A stretch of 28,174 nucleotides of DNA, taken from a virus (taxonomy: Duplodnaviria > Caudoviricetes). Of the stretch, positions 24,842-28,174 are shown in pieces. The notes beneath the pieces are model-generated. The model had not been told where the DNA came from. It did no database searches and saw only the letters and a list, made by a program, of their open reading frames with translations. How positions within the stretch are numbered: position 1 is the first letter of the stretch; every line of letters begins with the position of its first letter. Both the position numbers and the translations under genes were made by a program. The stretch is from positions 1-28,174 of the IMG/VR virus record IMGVR_UViG_3300030493_000049. One strand, given 5' to 3'.

Positions 24842-25987
24842 GTGACTGTGGCAGATGACATCGTTTACAAGATGGTCCGACTTCGAGACGCCAATCCGAC
24901 TATAAACCCTGGATGGATGGCACTGGATCGCTGGTTAGCTGAAGTCGCAAAGGCGCACGGCGATCTTGACCGCCTCGTTAGAACGGACATTTTTGATTTG
25001 GAGAATAACTATTCTGGGGACTTTATCAACATTACAGAGGAGGAATATAACAGCATGGATATAATTTCAGGTATCATTATTGATCGCCCCACCTGGGACG
25101 CTTTTCTGACAAGCATCAATAGCTATGCAGATGTTCCGGTGCATTGGCCAAACGAAACCTCTGTGGAGAAGACCAACTGGCCATGCGAAAAGCTAGGCAC
25201 CAAATCACTCTACTTCACTGCCACGGAGGAAGATCTCTTAGTAACCATCCTGGGCAGCCTGGACGGGGGGCTCACATTCCCCATAACGGCAGAGTCCGAG
25301 TTCGCTGTAGATGTCGGCAGCCCTGTTCTGAAGCCGATCAGCAACTTCTACCATGCACTGAAGATCCAGGTCAAACCCGCTGTTGACGATGCACACGGCA
25401 CGCTCAAAGTATCTGGTGGCGGTACATCCATCCCAGGGATGTCTGATGTAGAGGTCACGGCTCTGCTGGATAAAACCGGATTGGCGACACAGACCACACT
25501 TGCGGCCATCCTGGCTAAGCTCATCACCGCACCATCAACTGAGGCCAAGCAGGACACCATCAAGACGGCGATCGATGCCATCACGACCAAGCTCTCGGCA
25601 GATCCAGCTACCCAGACCACATTAGCGGCCATCCTGGCTAAGCTCATAGCCGCCCCTGCGACAGAGGCGGGACAACAACCTCCAGCGACCACAGTCACGC
25701 ATGACAGCATTGCGCTTACTGCCGCTAATACAGAGTACAGTCTGGTAATTCCTACAGGCTGCAAAAAATTAACATTCCGGACGGTGCAGGCGGATGGCAA
25801 GACCCCGGGAGACGATCTGCTGTATGCATTTGTCACTGGAAAGGTGGATCATCCGACGCTATACGAGCATATGCTACTCGATGGCGGGGCCGTCTACTCC
25901 GAGAGTAACCTCAGCTTGTCTAGCAAAACGCTATACGTAGCTGGTATAACCGCTGGCGACATTGTGCTCCTGGAGATGTGGTCGTAA
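24842..25987 (+). CDS. Virion structural protein with internal repeat
   Basis: ATQTTLAAILAKLIxAPxTEA twice, 41 aa apart. Confidence 0.65.
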   Translation: MTVADDIVYKMVRLRDANPTINPGWMALDRWLAEVAKAHGDLDRLVRTDIFDLENNYSGDFINITEEEYNSMDIISGIIIDRPTWDAFLTSINSYADVPVHWPNETSVEKTNWPCEKLGTKSLYFTATEEDLLVTILGSLDGGLTFPITAESEFAVDVGSPVLKPISNFYHALKIQVKPAVDDAHGTLKVSGGGTSIPGMSDVEVTALLDKTGLATQTTLAAILAKLITAPSTEAKQDTIKTAIDAITTKLSADPATQTTLAAILAKLIAAPATEAGQQPPATTVTHDSIALTAANTEYSLVIPTGCKKLTFRTVQADGKTPGDDLLYAFVTGKVDHPTLYEHMLLDGGAVYSESNLSLSSKTLYVAGITAGDIVLLEMWS

Positions 25988-27783
25988 TGGCACCCGGACT
26001 TAGCCCTCGGATGTTCATTCGGAAGGGCAAAATAATTAAGACAGTTATTGCTGATGGCAGCGGGGATCACAAAACGCTTTCTGCCGCGCTCGCTGCGATA
26101 ACTGACGCGAGCGCGAGTAAGCCGTATGGCATCTTGGTTTTTGGAAAAATAGCTGACACCGTTCAATCGGTGGCAAAAGAATACGTAGATGTATTCGGAA
26201 TTGATGCAGATATTACATCTACTTTAGTCAACGACGCTGCCGTGTTGTTTTCAGGAGTTGGAAATACCAGGTGGCAGAATCTAATATTTAGGCGTTCTGG
26301 AACGCCAACGACAGGAAGTCTGCATCCCGTTGTACTATTCACGGGCAATGGGTGCAATACCACCTGTATTGTCCGGGATTGTAGATTTTTGAATGAAGTT
26401 AATGCAAACTTTTTTGGCTTATGTGGGGGAGATGTCGCCGAGTCAGCCTCGCCAATAATAGATAGATGCACATTTTCGGGCGGAGTGTCTGGTTATGCCT
26501 ATGGTCACAACAACGGCCTAAATATAACGGACGCGAATACCGCGCCTTTAGTCAAAAATTCTAGATGCATTGGCGGTACATCGACTGGAGCAGATTATGG
26601 GTGTGAAATAATGTTTTCTGCCAGTCCTAGACTAGAAAATAACACGTATGTTGGAGGATCTGGTGCGTCCGGACAAAATCGCGCGCTGGTCATCGCGCAT
26701 GGCACATCACATTCAGCTGAGCCTATCATCATGGGCGGAATTGCCATTGGCGGATCATATAGCAACGGTGACGGCCTTCAGGTTCGCGATGACTCTGCGC
26801 CGGTGATAATCGGTCTGACAGCGAAACCGGGCACTGGCGCGCAAACTTCGTCAGTTGGGGCTTCGATATCATATGGCGCGTATCCGACTATAATCGGCGG
26901 GTACTACGAAGGAAGTGAGGGTGTTTTTTCGGGCTCACACGGCGTACTGGTAAATTATGGCGCAGCTCCAACATTTCGCGGTAGCGTGATAAGATCCGGA
27001 AAGTACGGAGATGGGGTGTATATTGTATCTCCAGGGTCTATGCCAAGATTTTTCAATTGTACAATTCGCCAATATGGGATATATGCTGATTGTCATGCCG
27101 TGAATGTGGCCAGTGGTGGAGCGATATTTGATGGGTGCCAGATGGCGCCGTCGATTATGCAAGCGCCTATCACCACACCTTATGATAATCAGATGTGGAC
27201 TAATGCCGATAACGGCAGATTCCGTCCGTTGGCAAGCTATCCATATCAGATTATTTCAATGGCGATTGGTATCGATGTTGGGTATGTTGGTCAGACCTTT
27301 GACCTGGGCACCACTGCCGGAGATGACGATATACTAGCTGATATAGATTTAGGTGCTACCGGAAACTATGAATTACCGATCAACCTGGCCGTGGCCCAGA
27401 TAGTCGCAAGTGGATATATCTACGGAACCCCATCTGGCACCGTTCTCGATAATCACATCGGATTCAAGTATTCGTATTGTAGAAATCAAACTAACAATTG
27501 TGGCGTGTATCTCAATAGCAACGGATCAATACAGATCCGAAATTCTACCATTTTAGCGGCAGGCGCATCTGATGCTCTGTATATAGGGGCCAATGCAATC
27601 GCATCGCCGAACTATAGGATCGAACGGTGCACGATTGAAAATTTCAATCCCGCTGCCAATGCCATTAATGCCGCCTCGGAGATATCTAATGCTCCGATAT
27701 ATCAATCGACATTCCGGGGATTGCAAACGAATATCGCAAGTTGCCTAGCGGGGACTGCAGTAGGGACAAATATATCTCTATAA
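25987..27783 (+). CDS. Right-handed beta-helix (pectin-lyase-like) spike/adhesin
   Basis: ADGSGDHKTLSAALAAI start motif; repeated Gly/Asn/Ile beta-helix rungs (SPIIDRCTF, SPRLENNT, PRFFNCTI). Confidence 0.8.
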   Translation: MAPGLSPRMFIRKGKIIKTVIADGSGDHKTLSAALAAITDASASKPYGILVFGKIADTVQSVAKEYVDVFGIDADITSTLVNDAAVLFSGVGNTRWQNLIFRRSGTPTTGSLHPVVLFTGNGCNTTCIVRDCRFLNEVNANFFGLCGGDVAESASPIIDRCTFSGGVSGYAYGHNNGLNITDANTAPLVKNSRCIGGTSTGADYGCEIMFSASPRLENNTYVGGSGASGQNRALVIAHGTSHSAEPIIMGGIAIGGSYSNGDGLQVRDDSAPVIIGLTAKPGTGAQTSSVGASISYGAYPTIIGGYYEGSEGVFSGSHGVLVNYGAAPTFRGSVIRSGKYGDGVYIVSPGSMPRFFNCTIRQYGIYADCHAVNVASGGAIFDGCQMAPSIMQAPITTPYDNQMWTNADNGRFRPLASYPYQIISMAIGIDVGYVGQTFDLGTTAGDDDILADIDLGATGNYELPINLAVAQIVASGYIYGTPSGTVLDNHIGFKYSYCRNQTNNCGVYLNSNGSIQIRNSTILAAGASDALYIGANAIASPNYRIERCTIENFNPAANAINAASEISNAPIYQSTFRGLQTNIASCLAGTAVGTNISL

Positions 27784-27930
27784 GATCATCGCCCCATGAA
27801 TGCGAGACCGTAAGCTCGCCCGAGGGCCACACGAATAGGTGAGTAAACATGGTAAATCTAAAATGTGCCGGTTGGGCAAATGTGGTTCGACCGCCGCCCG
27901 CTCGACATTTGTCGAAACCGAGATGATCTT

Positions 27931-28167
27931 ATGACTGACATTGCTGCATTTTCCTCCAGTTATATAGTATCTGATGCTGAGCTAGAAACCCTGATCGGCG
28001 CCGACAAGCGAGCGTCAGCCGTGGCCCTGAAGGCGGCAATAGCGGCAGACCAGCCGTGGTACTGTGCTGAAGCTACCGGGCACATAGATACATTGCCTCT
28101 CCGGGTCCAACGCTATGAGCTGCCATATACTGCCAGATACATGGCTACCAATAAATATTATTGTTAA
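27931..28167 (+). CDS. Putative head-tail connector-like protein (possibly truncated)
   Basis: SSYIVSDAE...AEATGHIDTL pattern; atypical C-terminus at the window edge. Confidence 0.45.
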   Translation: MTDIAAFSSSYIVSDAELETLIGADKRASAVALKAAIAADQPWYCAEATGHIDTLPLRVQRYELPYTARYMATNKYYC

Positions 28168-28174
28168 GAGGTGA

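Larger units (their letters stand above)
1..28174. mobile_element. Archaeal tailed virus / provirus genome segment (early genes + head morphogenesis module)
   Basis: terS-terL-portal-protease-scaffold-capsid gene order; dense small ORFs with ATGA/TAATG overlaps; archaeal SD (GGTGA/GAGGTG) and TATA boxes; no cellular housekeeping genes. Confidence 0.92.

Noticed and set aside
25483-25670. Repeat pair as a diversity-generating retroelement TR/VR
   Set aside because: Differences are mostly synonymous and not adenine-specific, both copies are within one gene, and there is no reverse transcriptase in the window.

Overview
This 28 kb window is part of an archaeal head-tail virus or provirus (Caudoviricetes-like). 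The host is inferred to be a methanogen, from GGTGA/GAGGTG ribosome-binding sites, TATA-box promoters, leaderless genes and many RHH/wHTH/Zn-ribbon proteins. The left third is an early/replication region. It carries a wHTH protein followed by an origin-like AT-rich tract with 26-bp inverted repeats, ASCH, a Holliday-junction-resolvase-like nuclease, a DEDD exonuclease and a wHTH cluster. Its most striking element (2781-4452) is a non-coding array of four covarying stem-loop scaffolds separated by three tracts of strict GGY-NN pentamers. The array sits directly upstream of a stand-alone RAMP/Cas7-like gene and a coupled partner gene, suggesting a CRISPR-independent RNA-guided system (matching my recollection of 'VIPR' systems). 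Read with a skip-one code, two of the three tracts partly match the same stop-codon/RBS junction upstream of this virus's major capsid gene. The middle holds a complete IS200/IS605 element (tnpA + compact tnpB, TTAC target), a ParB-DUF4417 / basic peptide / radical SAM cluster and a duplicated bidirectional promoter. The right half is the morphogenesis module: terS, terL, portal, an inserted block of small genes, a protease carrying a half-ferritin domain, scaffold, decoration protein, major capsid, head-tail proteins and a beta-helix spike. All family calls come from motif recognition by eye; no searches were run.
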